A stretch of DNA of 64,000 nt, taken from contig VJWM01000193.1 in NCBI GenBank assembly GCA_010909165.1, forward strand, positions 1 to 64,000. The letters run 5' to 3'. The notes beneath the pieces are model-generated. The model had not been told where the DNA came from. It was given only the letters and a program-made list of their open reading frames with translations, and ran no database searches. A program made the position numbers and the translations under genes. This stretch comes from Anthoceros angustus. Its lineage: Eukaryota > Plantae > Anthocerotophyta. Of this stretch, positions 46,801 to 59,182 are shown piece by piece; position 1 is the stretch's first letter, and each line of letters opens with the position of its first letter.

Positions 46801-49800
46801 CGAGCACATGCGGTTGAGGAGGAACATCTCACTCGATGATTGTGAAGAAGGAAGCGAGCTTGGACCGAAGATGAAGACGATGGCCCTATTCACGATATTC
46901 TCGCACGATGATGATCAATCGGATGCGCAGTGAGGTTCGAGATCCGTCGTGGAGACCTTAGGGCTGCCCGGTGTTAGGTATGAGCGGAGGAGTGGAAGGC
47001 GCCGGCCGCGCCTGCGGGGAAGAGGCAACTGACGGTGACCCCGATCCGGATTGGTTTGTGCGCTTCCCCGGCAGGGGCGCCGGCCGGCCGGCGGTTCTGC
47101 AATCATTCACAGGAAGCACCACGGCACAGGGCAAGCAGATCATGGTGATCAAGAGGGGCGCCGGCCGGCGCCTCTCCTTCCCTCCATGCGGGATGTGAGT
47201 GGGAATAAGAGCAAAGGAAAAGGAAGGCGAGAGGGCCATGCATCAAAGTAGAGGAGTCGTTCAGAGCTTGGGCTGGCTAGTGGACCAGGAGAAAAACCAA
47301 TAGTATGCAAAAGGCGCAGGAGTTCTTGGAGGACATACCTTCATCCATGTATCAACGGACAAGGAGCGGTTAGCGATGCTATTCGGGATGAAGACCCCTA
47401 ACGCGCATTAGGAATCGGCCTATTCACAAAAGGTTGTTTTGGAGACAGTTTTGGTGAAATTGGAGAACCTTCGGCCAGCATCACACCTCACACCAGATGC
47501 TCAGATACGGAGGGTTGACGAAGCATGGACAAATTACTTGGCACGCGTGATTTCGAAGGGCAGGATTGAAGAAGGCGTAGTGCCTCTGTTATGTATGATT
47601 GACCCGCAGAGTGTGAAGACCGAGCAAACTTGATTGGGACAAGTTCGGGCAAAAAAATACGTCATGGGGTTCTTGAGGCAACCACACCTATGCGTGATGA
47701 AGCACTGGCGGATATATGTCCCGGGAAGACTCGCCAAGACGTGGAGGCCCATGTGTATTGCAAAGCGGAAGGTCATCAAGAAAATGCGAATTCTTGCAGA
47801 TCACAATGTGTTGTCGGCGGAGGAAGAAAATGAATTTCATTGAGCAAGTCGGATATTTGAGGGACGAGATTATCGCGAAACGTGTGAGTGCACATGACCA
47901 TGGCATGGAAGTTTAATCTGTACAAACGCTAGGGTTGATTGACGGCGATGAGGCGAGAAGGCGATGTATATAAGCGAGAACAAAGTGGACAACAGGACTC
48001 ATATTTTGTGTATTGCAAAGCGGGGAGGCGGTATGGGAGAATGTGGATAAGATTTTTACAAAGTGGGAAGCCGGGAGCTTAGCAAAAGAAACATGTCGCG
48101 GTGGGCACGAGCAAGAAAGGCAAAGGAAAACGGAAGGTCATCAAGAGTCAAAGAAAATCGATCGCATATGTGAAGTCAAGGATATGCTTGCAAAGCCTTG
48201 GAAATCGTTTCAAGGAATACCATCGGTGAATGCGCAATGATACTAATATCGAACGGAGAAGGTTCTTGCAGGCTTATTGACCTAAAGGGCATGGATGATG
48301 ATATCACCCTCGGAAGAAATTTCACATCATCCAAGTGGCGATGGCGAAACACCTTGGGTGCTCATCGTTCGAGGAGGTGCGGAAAGAGTATCCCCATCAT
48401 GCAACAGATAGTGTCTTGCACGGTTTCAACATTTGCGGAAAGGTGAGAAACACTTTCTATTCAATAGTTCTGGAGTTGGGTGTGTGGGCGTGTGTGGAGG
48501 CGCGGCGGGCGCGCCCTCCCTGAAGCCTGGCGATGGGCGCGGCGGCGCCCTCCCTGAAGCCTGGCGATGGAGGCGCGGCGGCGCCCTCCACACGAAGCCT
48601 GGCGATGGGCGCGGCGGGCGCGCCCTCCACCTGGCGATGGAGGTGCCGGCGGGCGGCGCCCTCCCTGAAGCCTGGCGATGGAGGCGCGGCGGGCGGCGCC
48701 TCCACCAGCTGGCGATGGAGGCGCGGGCGGCGCCCTCCCTGAAGCCTGGCGATGGGCGCGGCGGGCGGCGCCCTCCCTGAAGCCTGGCGATGGGCGCGGC
48801 GGCGCCTCTTTCGAGCACCGACGATGTGGTTTTGTTTTAATTTGCAGCAACTAAAGGACGTTGAGGTTTTGGCGGCGGATGACTTCCGCCATTTCATATT
48901 TGAAGTCAACAACCTGGAAAGGACTTGAAACGAGCAAAGGGCTTTGGGCGATAAGGACCGGAAGAAGGTCTTAACATTTTACCGTGCCTTCCGGTGACAA
49001 CAGTTCAATACTGTGGAGGCAAGAAATATTCTTGACATGCGGGGTTTCGAGGACGAGGGGTACACGCTCGGTAATGGGCGTTCCACGAGGGTTTGACATT
49101 GGCCCTATGGATAAGCGGGTGGACATGGCAATGATGCGACGTGTTTGAGCTTTGAAAAGACAACAAGTGAAGAATTCCGCATTATAGTGATGCATGGGGT
49201 CAAGAAGCCCACACCGTGGAATCCATGCGGACATGGACGAGGAAAGGCGGATTGGTATCCTTCATATGGGATAAGACCAACATGCATAATGAGGCGGGTT
49301 TGAGGCTGGAGTACATCAAGTGGGATGGTGTCCGAAAGACACAAGCACAAAGGATAGAGCTCCTATCTTTGCCGAATGCTATGCACGGACGTTCAACAAT
49401 GGGAGGTCGGTTATAGGACACGCCCGTGGTGAAGAAAGCAGTGTACTGTCAATGACAAACTTGTGGTATGCCCTTATCAACGCCCTTGGGTCTTCTTATG
49501 AAACGATAAGGACCTTCTCAAAGGAAGGGACCGGGTTCTTGATGCATGTTCGTGGGACCACCACACTTGCTGCGATCTGAGTGGGCCTCGCATTGCGATT
49601 GAGGCGGTTGAGATGTGCGGTACATTCCTCGTGAATACATGGTTATGAGGTGCTTGGGATGCAGAGGAAGAGCTTACATTTCAACCGCATCGAGGACCAT
49701 CACAATTCAGGCAAAGGAGGTATGTATGAAAAGATAGTCAAGGCACAAGTTGTTTCTTTGAGTGCGACGGTTGCGACAACAGTGAACTTTTGGAAGATGG

Positions 49801-51104
49801 GCAGCAAGCGTTGGATGATGTATGGCGGCTGCACGGTTAGCGACCCCAAGTGTGATGTGAGCGAAGGCGAGAAGGCCTTGGAAGCAGCCGAATTTGAAGG
49901 CAGAAGATGAGCGCATTAGAAACCGTTGTCTTAGACTCGTGATGTGAGCGAAGGCGAGAAGGCCTTGGAAGATGGGCAGTCGCAGATGAGCCCTCCTAAT
50001 GATCCAAAGGTGTAGGCGTATGTGGTCAGCGGTATTAACGATAAGTTTTGTGGTCGGATAGAGGTATACTGATTGAAGGTTGGCCACTCCCATAGTTTGC
50101 GGTAAAAACCTTCTTGAAGTGGCGGAATTTTAATTTTCTTTCCTCCAGTTTGGAGCATTGCTTTCACGAGGTCAACTATCGCCGGCCACCGGCGATAGTT
50201 ACTACACACACATGGAACCGCGTGAAACCGTTGTTTCAAAATGGGATCTATCGGACAAGGGTGGACATACGTCACCAACGTGAAAAAATCATAGTTTCCC
50301 GAAAGGTGCGATGTTTGTCAAGAGGGTCCACCAGCAACTGAAGAGGGTTTGTATATTCCCCCTCTTGAAGATATATGGTGTTTTTTGTGGAAATGCCACT
50401 CTCGTCATTTTCAAACGCGCTTTATGTGTGGTATTTGTCTTTAGTACAGATATATAGATTGTACAAGTATTCATATAGTACGCTTAGTACTATAGGTGCA
50501 CCCTAAAACATACCGTGATAAATCCTGGTGGTGCAGATGGAGAGGTCACATCATTTAGAGAGCACGACGGTGAAGGCTACTGTTGCCTCCAACGGGCCTC
50601 TACATGAAACGTGCTCCATTCCCAAGGAGCATGGCTCCGTGGTGAGGCCTGCAGGCTGAGGGAATCGTGCTGACATTACACTACCAAAAGATTTTGATGA
50701 AGCCCTTGATGTATCTATACTTACATAATTAATCTTGCTATGCTAATATAATATGAAGCTTGGTGCTATGTATATTGTATATATTGTCTACCTATATCCG
50801 TTCCAGTCCTAGTCTTAGTCTCTGTTCTCTCCAATCCAAGTACCTAAACATATATTTTTATCTCCGAAATCCCGACTATGTTTGTAGGTGGACCGTTTTT
50901 GAAAAGAGGTGCGGGTAAAAGAAAGCCGCTTGTGACATGAACGAATATGCGTGATTAGGAAACATTTCTTCCTGATTTCTCGGCTCGACACAAGCCAGAA
51001 GCGAGCAAAAATTTGATGTTTAGCCCAACACCCTAAGGTCATACAGGGCTCAGACGCTGCCACTGGCAAGGATCCAAAGCAGCAACCTTCGCTCGCCATC
51101 AGAG

Positions 51105-53086
51105 ATGGCGCCGCCTGCTCAAGGTGTAGTACAAGCGCTGAAGCGCAAGTGGGATCAAGAGTTCGGAGATGAGGAGAAGCTGGCCGGGCATTTGGTAAGG
51201 AGTGTAGCCGTGTTTGCGACCCTGCCGTGCCCGCGTTGTCCCCGGCTGGTGTCTCGAATTCCCTCACAGGGATGCCTCGTAGATGGCGTAGTTCATGGCA
51301 GTGCGGAATGTTGTCTGGGGATGGCAATTGGAATGCTTTGATCCAGGGTTTGTCGGGTCAGGGCTGGGATTAGATGGATGTGCTAGAGGAGTATTGGGCC
51401 GTGAAATGTTTTTATTGAGTTGTGTGGGAGCTAAGCAGATGAATCTGCTCTGACATTGCGCCATGGTTGTTTTTGTCAGAGATTTCTCCGGGCAGCAACT
51501 CTTTTTGTAGGGTCTGTCCTTCTGATACGCAATTTTGGAGATCTCATGGCAGTCTGAGCGGATACGAGAAACCTGATGAGGGACTGGCATTATACTTCTG
51601 CCCGTTGGACACTCCGAATCTGAACGACTTCCTGTGTGTTTCAGCCAAGGCGGTGCAAACAATTTTGTCGAACATGTGTGAACCTAAGGTGGCTAGGGTT
51701 AGGTTTGTGCAAGCTGCGCAATGTCTGAGGTGCAGTTGTTTTCATGGACGTGAAGGATATGGCTAGCTCTCACGTGTTCGGAGGGATTTTGTCAGATTGA
51801 ATTAAAAGAAATTTCTGTTACACGCGAATTTGCAGCTTGCTTGTTACAGCCTTGGAAGCCGGCTGTGAAAAGCGCGATGATTGTTTTGTTTTGTCTGACA
51901 CCGTTCGTAGACGTTGTCACTCATGGATGGATTAAATGTAGTTGCTTCTCCAAGTTGTAGGGAGAATGTCGGGCAAAAGAGCAGTGAAGCGAATGTGTAC
52001 ATGGATGAAAAACTCTGGGGTAATTTACCTGAAGATGTGATTGACCGGGTGTTGGCTTGGCTGCCGGTATCGAGCTTTTTGCGCTTGCAGACCGTGTGCA
52101 GAAGATGGAGCTCCTTGATGTATTCCAGCAGCTTCCTGGATCTGTATTCTCACCTACCGTCTCCTGCACCGTATTTTTTCGTACTGTCCAAAAGGGCAAG
52201 CTGGGTGTTTCCGGTTTACAATTCAGCATCCAACAAGTGGCATGGAATCCCCATCAATCCTCCACTCAGGCCGAGTGTCCCGATAGCTGCAGCTGGAGGG
52301 CTGCTGTGCTACATTGCTGGGTTCAGCGGCCACAAGATTATTGGATGTCTCAACGGCTATGACACCTTGCTTGTCTGCAACCCCATTACCAAGAGTTGGA
52401 GACAATTGCCACCTATGATCTACAAACGCAAGCCAACTCTGGTGGGAATGGTGGTGGACAATCAGACGAAGGCTTACAAAGTTGTCGTTGCTGGAGATTA
52501 CAGTTCGCATGGCAACCGCCTCACCACAGAAGTGTACGACTCTAACAGTGGTGCTTGGAAGCCAGGGGGCAGCATCCCTGCCGGAGAGGAAGCATCACAC
52601 AGAGTGGCTGTCTGCAATGGTCAAGTCTACTGTCTAGCGCGGGGGTCCAAAAGCTTGCTAGCATACAGTGTGGAGCGGGATGAATGGACAAAGGTTGCTA
52701 CCAGCAGAATGCCCGGCTTCCCAGATTCGAGAAACTTGGTGGAATGGAGGGGAGAAATTGTGCTAGTCGGGAAAGGCGTGATGAGGCAGATGCTAAGTGT
52801 CTACATCTGGTTGCTGCAGCAACCTTCCATGAAGTGGAAGGAAGTTGGCAGACTACCTCAGACCATTTCTGATGTGCTTCCAAAGAAAAACGACTGCTTC
52901 TATTGCAGCGGCCATGGGGATCTCCTCTTCTTCTGCAGGAACAACAGTGCTCAGGGCCTACTGTACGATCTGTCACAAAAATCCTGGAAATGGGTGGCTC
53001 GTTATCCTAGCTCGGGACCCTGTGGCATCTTAGCCTCCATGTTCGCATTGTCCTCCTTTGAGCCCAGGTTAGATAGCCCCGTGTAG
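51105..53086 (+). CDS. F-box/kelch-repeat protein (2 exons: 51105-51194 and 51911-53086)
   Basis: F-box LWGNLPEDVIDRVLAWLPVSSFLRLQTVCRRW; kelch-like GGLLCY, VCNPITKSWRQLPPM, TEVYDSNSGAW; ends FEPRLDSPV. The phase-0 GT-AG intron joins the exons in frame. Confidence 0.92.
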
Positions 53087-53627
53087 ATCCCATCCCAACT
53101 CCTTGAAGAAATTGCCGCCACCAACACTGTTTTTGGAGTCCCAGCAACCAATGCCTCCACCCCCCGTAAGTTCTGTGGCTAGCTCAAGGAACGAACGGTC
53201 TTCCCAGGCTTGCGCTAAGAAAGCAAATGATGGAAACGTATTATTAGAGTTCTTTCGGGAACGTGCCCCTTTGGTGATACAATGAGGGATGCCATAGTCT
53301 TTCACTCTTAGGCTTAAGGCTCAGATATCATACACCTGCTGATCAACGCAGTCTAACAAGAATGGGCATTACAAATACAAGGTCCCAAATGAACTAGGTG
53401 GTCTACTTACTTGATTGTTCAGCCGGTACTACTACCTGGTCATTATATTAGTAACATAAATATGGCACACACATGGCTTGTCCTTCAGCGTTCAGAGAGT
53501 ACCGAATCAGTCCACGAAAGCACCAGGTCTCTGGTAACAGCTGGTAATCCTGCAAAAAAGGAACATAACATACTCATGAGGGGAAAGCAAACAGCTATTC
53601 TAACGAGTACTTGATTCAATCACATAG

Positions 53628-56600
53628 CTAGCTCTCAAGACCATAGTCAGAAAGAACCAAGAATGTACCCTGTATGAGATCTGCTGCCATACTTCGTGGA
53701 TTGAGGTCTCCTTCTATCAATCTGTAGATGTCCATCAGCTGCAAGGCATGCATGACATCCAGGACGTTACACATGTTTGGGACATGCCCTTCACATAAAA
53801 GCAGGAATTTCGTTAACCTGGTTGGGGAGTACATGCAATCTACACACCTCACTAAGATGTAGCCTTGAGTCCTCTGTTAATGCCATCAAAAGCTGTCGCC
53901 GTAACCTGGCATCGGTGGCAACTACACGAGCTCCATCCCTGATGGTATCTGAAAGATCCAGTTTCCCACCAACAGCGTTTGCTTTTCTGGCTGATGTCGA
54001 CCTGCAAAATCAGGCCATTGCCACTCAGGGTGTGAAAGTTGAGGCCAGACACGACACAATCTTGTGCACATGTGATGTTTAGAGCATACCTAGACTTTGG
54101 AGCAAGAGTTTCTTGTAACGGGGAGTTTCTATTCATCATTGCTACCTGTTCTCTGGCAAGAACGATAAGGTTCTCCAGTCTTTTCCATTGAAACACTCCA
54201 TCTTTGAAGAGCACCTACAGAAGATCGCACCCAGAAGTCAAAAAACATGTTGGTAGTAACTAGGCAAAGTTGCATCCATTATGCAAGTAGCAGGCTGTCT
54301 AGATAATTGCTCCTACCTGGAGAAGGCGCTCTCGTAAAGCAGGGTCTGGATCAGTCAGGAGTCGCTTCGCAACATATGGATATGCAACCTACAAGAGTCA
54401 TCCGCTACATCTGTCAGTTCCCCATTAAACAACTGCGGAGAAGGCAAGACAATGCACCATGGGTACCACGGACTTTCACCTCGAGAAACTTGAAGTCAGG
54501 CTGCAAACTGAGACAAATGCCCTCCTGTGTAAGCAGTGATCGGATGACCAAAGAAAACCTTTCGGGAATGCGGATTGGATACTGGTACACAAGTTGATTG
54601 AATTTGCCTACAAAGATGGCATGAAACTTATTGTTCACCAAACTGGGATAAAATCCTTCACATTGACTGACGGAAACACTTCTTACCAGTGACAGACCGG
54701 AAGTTGAAGTCAGCCACGCCCTTTCCAGTAGAGTTTTGCCAAATTGCTTCAAGTGCTGGTATAATAGGAGTCACATCAGTGTCAGGGGCCAAAAAACCTA
54801 GCCTAGTGAAATCTCCTGCCATCTCAGAATAATCTTCGTTCACCGCATGCACCACTGCATCGATCAAAATCTGCTTGTTTCTCTGTCAGAAAACGCCAAC
54901 TCCCATCAGTAAATACTTCTCACTAGTGACCGTCACTTTGTCCTAAAAATGAAGGTTTGAGGCTTGGCATTAGTACTTGACTGAGCTCTGCAACATTTCC
55001 GAAATCAACATAGGCTATGCGACCATCCCGCATCGCAAAGATGTTGCCTGGATGAGGATCCCCATGAAAGAGTCCAAACTCCAGAAGCTGCCTGAGAGCT
55101 GCACTGACACCCACTGTGATAAAGCCTTCTACGTTTATGCCCGAATCACGGATAGCCTGTCACACCACCAGATACATGTGAGGACGGTGTCCCTTCACAA
55201 AGTAATAACAGAAAGAAGGATGGTTCATCACGGCACCTGGGGATCTGTGCACCGAATGCCATCTATCCACTCCATGACAAGAACGCGCGACCCACTTAAG
55301 TTCCTATAAACACGTGGAATTTTCACCGTTGGGTCGTTCTGAAAGTTCCTGTAGAAATCTTCAATGTTCCTTGCCTCCTGAGCACGTACAAGGGAGCAAG
55401 AGCATGAGCATGAGCAGGAGTCAGACCACGACCGCCAGCTAGGAAGCACAAAGGAAATTGAACTAATGCATAGGATACCAGAGAGTTCAACATACAAGTG
55501 TGTAATCAAGTTCTTCAAGAAGCTTCTCCCCAAACTCGTCAACAATCAGCTCAGCATTGCAGCCAAGCTTCTGTATGCTATATCCATTAAAAAGGGACGC
55601 TAAAGTTCTGAAAAGGTATAGATCCTTGTAGATGATGGGCTCTATTCCCGGTCTCTGAACCTGCAGTGGTGCAAACAATCAGGACCAGGAAACCTGGATG
55701 CAGGGTGTTTCAGCAGCTTCAGAATTGGGTGCTGCATGTACCTTGACAGCCACCTCCTCATTCGTACCACGAAGGGTACCGCGGTAAACTTGACCAAGAC
55801 TAGCCGCGGCCACAGGCGAGGCAGAAAGTTTAGAGAAAACTTGTTCAAGAGGTGCACCAATCTCCTCCTCAATAATATCGAAGGCAGTCTGCAGGTAGAG
55901 CGGCCAGTGAATGAATCACAGTACCTGAATGTTCGGCAGTCTAGGGGAACAGGTTTGATTGGAATGGCAGAGAGATGGAAGTTCTAAAGCGTCTCCGTAC
56001 ACACACCTTGTTAGGAAAGGCTGGAACATCATCCTGCAGGATGCAGAGCTCATTCATGTAGTCTTCACGTACAATATCAGGCCTGTTCGCCAAAACCTGG
56101 CACAGCGACGAAAACCACAGAGTGAGCAGTCGGCAACCAGATCCACAACCTCCCTCACTACGACCCGTGCACCAAGCCCGGCCAAAATCTGCCGACCACT
56201 CAGTCTTGCCTGGCCAGCTTTAATAAACGAGGGCCCCAAGTTGCACAGGAGAGAGCGAAGTTGCTGTGCACGTAGCGGGACCATGTCATCACCTCTTCCA
56301 ACAAGACAGTCATACGACAGCTTGGCCCAGTACAGCCCAAGCGACCACAAGATCTCCGTCCCACGACCGACAGCCGACAGCAGCGAGCCCGGCGAGTCCA
56401 AGACCTTCTGACGGACCTGCAGCGGCAACCAACCAGCACCTCATCCAAACAACGCCATCCATGCTTCAAACTCTCCTCAGCAAGTCCAATTCCCCCAACC
56501 AGACACTAATCCATCTCCCTCACCCCTTCCGGAGTATATTTCCTGAACGGATTGCACACACCCCGCTCCAAGTCCAGCTCCTCCATGGCGTCCGTAGCTA

Positions 56601-56896
56601 GGGCAGCCATAACCTGAAAATGCACCACACACAACGAATTCCAGTGACACCACCACGCATCACCGAGCTCCACCCGAGCTCCAATTGCAGAAACTGGACC
56701 TCCAAACCCCAACCGCACAACACACACAGCGCAAAATGCAGAAAACGAAATCCGGCAGCGGAGAACACACAGTGACAGCCTTCCGCCCCCCCTCCACCCG
56801 CACCCGGGTGCGCAGAGGCAGCCTGAAGGGAGCCGCTCCCCCCAGAGCCACCATCGCGCCGCTCCCCAGGGCCGCGCCCGCAGCTGCTGCCGCCAT
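53628..56896 (-). CDS. ABC1K1: Plastid ABC1 atypical kinase, ABC1K1/PGR6-like, multi-exon
   Basis: Transit-like MAAAAAGAALGSGAMVALGG; LDLERGVCNPFRKY; LCNLGPSFIKAGQ; VAAASLGQVY; LFHGDPHPGNIFAMRDGRIAYVDFGNVA; VYQYPIRIPERFSLVIRSLLTQEGIC; LFKDGVFQWKRLENLIVLA. Confidence 0.9.
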
Positions 56897-57211
56897 AGCC
56901 GCCTCCCCCGAGCTGTGCTGCCCGCAAGCTCCACGCGGACCAGGCGAGCTTGTGTGTCAAGGAAACGGCGACCACAAGCCCGTGGCCAGCGACATGATCC
57001 TGACCACCCAAACCTGAGCAGGAGACGCCCCGCCGTCCTAACCCCCGGTTCGAGCCCCGGGTTCGGCTGTCCCTCCGCCCGGACAAGAGCCGAACGCCAA
57101 ACAGAAAACGGCCGGGGCCCGCGTCTTGCTCCCTTGCTCGGCAAGAAGCCGAAACGCGCAGAAGTCGAACGCAGATCCAGCATCGAGCATCGAGCAGAAG
57201 CGAGGCGGAAC

Positions 57212-58996
57212 ATGGAGGGGCGTGGGGACGCAGACGCGGAATCGGCATCCTTGGCGTGCGATGCGCCAAGCCCGCACGACGACGAATCAGAAGCTTGCAA
57301 GGAGAAATGGTGGGCGGGCGAGATCCTGCTCGCCTTCTGGCCAGGACGCGGGGTCCCGGACCGGGAGCCGCATCCGAGCAGGAGGCGCACCTCCACGGCC
57401 TCCACGCTCCTCACGCTCATGTTCGCCTGCAGCCTGCTGGTGCTGCACTGGAGCTTCTCCCGGACCGAGCTGATCCCCGGGCGGCCGCGGAACCCATCTC
57501 CCGCCGCACACGCCCCGGCCCCGGCCGGGAACGCCACGGCCCGGGTGCTGGAGGAGCTGCGGAGGAACGGGAGCAGCGAGTGCCACAGGCAGCACACGAG
57601 AGGCAGCAGGCTGTTTCTGCGAAGCGAGGACGGGACGGCGCGGGCCCTGGGTCCTCCCGACCCGGTGCGCCTCGCCTCCGACACGCTCCACGCGCTGGAG
57701 CTGGTGTCGGTGACGGAGGGCGGGCTCCCGCGCTGCGCCGGCGGGGACTTCTACGAAGTGGACCTGGTGAGCGATGGGTGGCATTCCCGGCCGCCCACCA
57801 CCGACCTGGGCGACGGGTCCTACCGCCTCCTCCTGGGCGTGGATTCCCGGTTCGCCCACCAGGACTTCAATCTCTCCGTCACCCTGCTCTTCGACGCCTT
57901 CCACGGCCTGGACCACGACTGCCGGCCGTGGCAGCTGGGCCTCCGCACCCTCTTCCTCCGCCTCCGCTTCTTCCTCCCGCCGCCGCCTTCGCCGCCGCCA
58001 TTTCGTTTGTCGGCTTGCGAAGGCGCTGATCTGGACGTGTCCGAGTGGAGCGGGAGGTGGACGAGGGGCTGGGGGAACGTTTCCTGCGTGCCCGATCGGA
58101 GCGGGAGGTTTTCCGGCTGCCTGGACCCAGCCCACGGAGCGTGCATGGAGCACTCGTGCTCGGGCAGGGTGGCGCGGCTGGAGAGCAACGGGTGGGTGTA
58201 TTCCGCGCACTGCGCGTTCCGGATCTACGAGGCTCAGGAGGCCTGGGATTGCCTGGCCGGGAGGTGGCTGCTCTTCTGGGGCGACTCCAACTTCCAGGAC
58301 ACCATTCGGAATCTGCTGCTCTTCGTGCTGGAGTATCCCGTGCCGTACTGGAGCACGCTGGCTTCCTGGCAGATTCCGAGAAGGTACGAGGAGGCAGTGG
58401 TGAATCCGGGGAGGCCGGATCAGGCGATTCGACTCACGCTCGTCTTCAACGGCCACTTTCAGGTGGAGGAGGGAGGACTAGGGCTGGATTCGTTGCTGAA
58501 TGAGGAGTACAGGGAGTCGATTGAGAGGCATTTTCAGGGGAAGGTGGCGCCGGATGTGGTGGTGCTCAACTCCGGGCTGCACGACGGGCAGCACTTTCCG
58601 ACCGTGGAGAGCTTCGCGGAAGGGGCGGGGAGGGCGGCCGGGTTTTGGAAGGAGGTGTGGAGCGGGAGGGATGTGGGGGCTCGGCCTCGGATGGTGTACA
58701 AGACCACCGTAGCTCCGGCTGGGGAGAGTAGAGGGATGCAGTCCAATCCGCATAAGATGGAGGTGTTCAATAGGATTATGGTGGAGAAGATGCAGGCCGA
58801 AATGCCTGGGGTGGTGAAGGTGGTGGATGCCTTCGATCTCACCTTTCCCTGGCATTATGATAACAATTACAGTGATGGTGGGCACTACGGGAGAGCTCCC
58901 AATGTGGATAAGTGGCCCTGGTTCGGCCAGCCGCATGAGTACTTCGTTGATGTCATGCTGGCCCATATCTTGCTGAATGCAGTCTGCCAACCCTGA
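57212..58996 (+). CDS. Type II membrane protein with an Ig/filamin-like segment and an SGNH/PC-esterase-like (TBL/NXPE-related) domain, intronless, 594 aa
   Basis: N-terminal TM (LLTLMFACSLLVLHW), GGDFYEVDL...DLGDGSY, catalytic-type LFWGDSN, LNSGLHD and SDGGHY. First ATG at 57212 inside ORF 56915..58996. Confidence 0.85.
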   Translation: MEGRGDADAESASLACDAPSPHDDESEACKEKWWAGEILLAFWPGRGVPDREPHPSRRRTSTASTLLTLMFACSLLVLHWSFSRTELIPGRPRNPSPAAHAPAPAGNATARVLEELRRNGSSECHRQHTRGSRLFLRSEDGTARALGPPDPVRLASDTLHALELVSVTEGGLPRCAGGDFYEVDLVSDGWHSRPPTTDLGDGSYRLLLGVDSRFAHQDFNLSVTLLFDAFHGLDHDCRPWQLGLRTLFLRLRFFLPPPPSPPPFRLSACEGADLDVSEWSGRWTRGWGNVSCVPDRSGRFSGCLDPAHGACMEHSCSGRVARLESNGWVYSAHCAFRIYEAQEAWDCLAGRWLLFWGDSNFQDTIRNLLLFVLEYPVPYWSTLASWQIPRRYEEAVVNPGRPDQAIRLTLVFNGHFQVEEGGLGLDSLLNEEYRESIERHFQGKVAPDVVVLNSGLHDGQHFPTVESFAEGAGRAAGFWKEVWSGRDVGARPRMVYKTTVAPAGESRGMQSNPHKMEVFNRIMVEKMQAEMPGVVKVVDAFDLTFPWHYDNNYSDGGHYGRAPNVDKWPWFGQPHEYFVDVMLAHILLNAVCQP

Positions 58997-59182
58997 TGCC
59001 AACCTGGACCTTTGCTTCAGGACTTCAGGACGGGACCACGCAACCAACCACCTCTGCTTTAAGTCTCTACACACTGAGGGGCTGTCCTTCACCTGGAGAA
59101 TGCCTTGCAGCAAGGCCCATGGACATGATGTTACAGCCCCCTCAACGGAGGCGGACAACTCCAAAAACATGAGGCTCACCCT

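Larger units (their letters stand above)
38760..50530. mobile_element. Large element, copy 2: transposase at ~39420-43600 (minus), ParB-MTase-like gene at ~45948-50010 (plus), interrupted by host-gene segments
   Basis: Colinear with 27362-38050. ORF 47439 carries ETVLVKLENLRPASHLTPDAQIRRVDEAW and ORF 49320 ends IRTFSKEG...RGTTTLAAI. Confidence 0.75.

Noticed and set aside
56506-59179. Long overlapping ORFs (56506..57684, 57256..58029, 57287..58456, 58478..59179)
   Set aside because: Antisense or shifted-frame shadows of GC-rich real genes, with no recognisable motifs.
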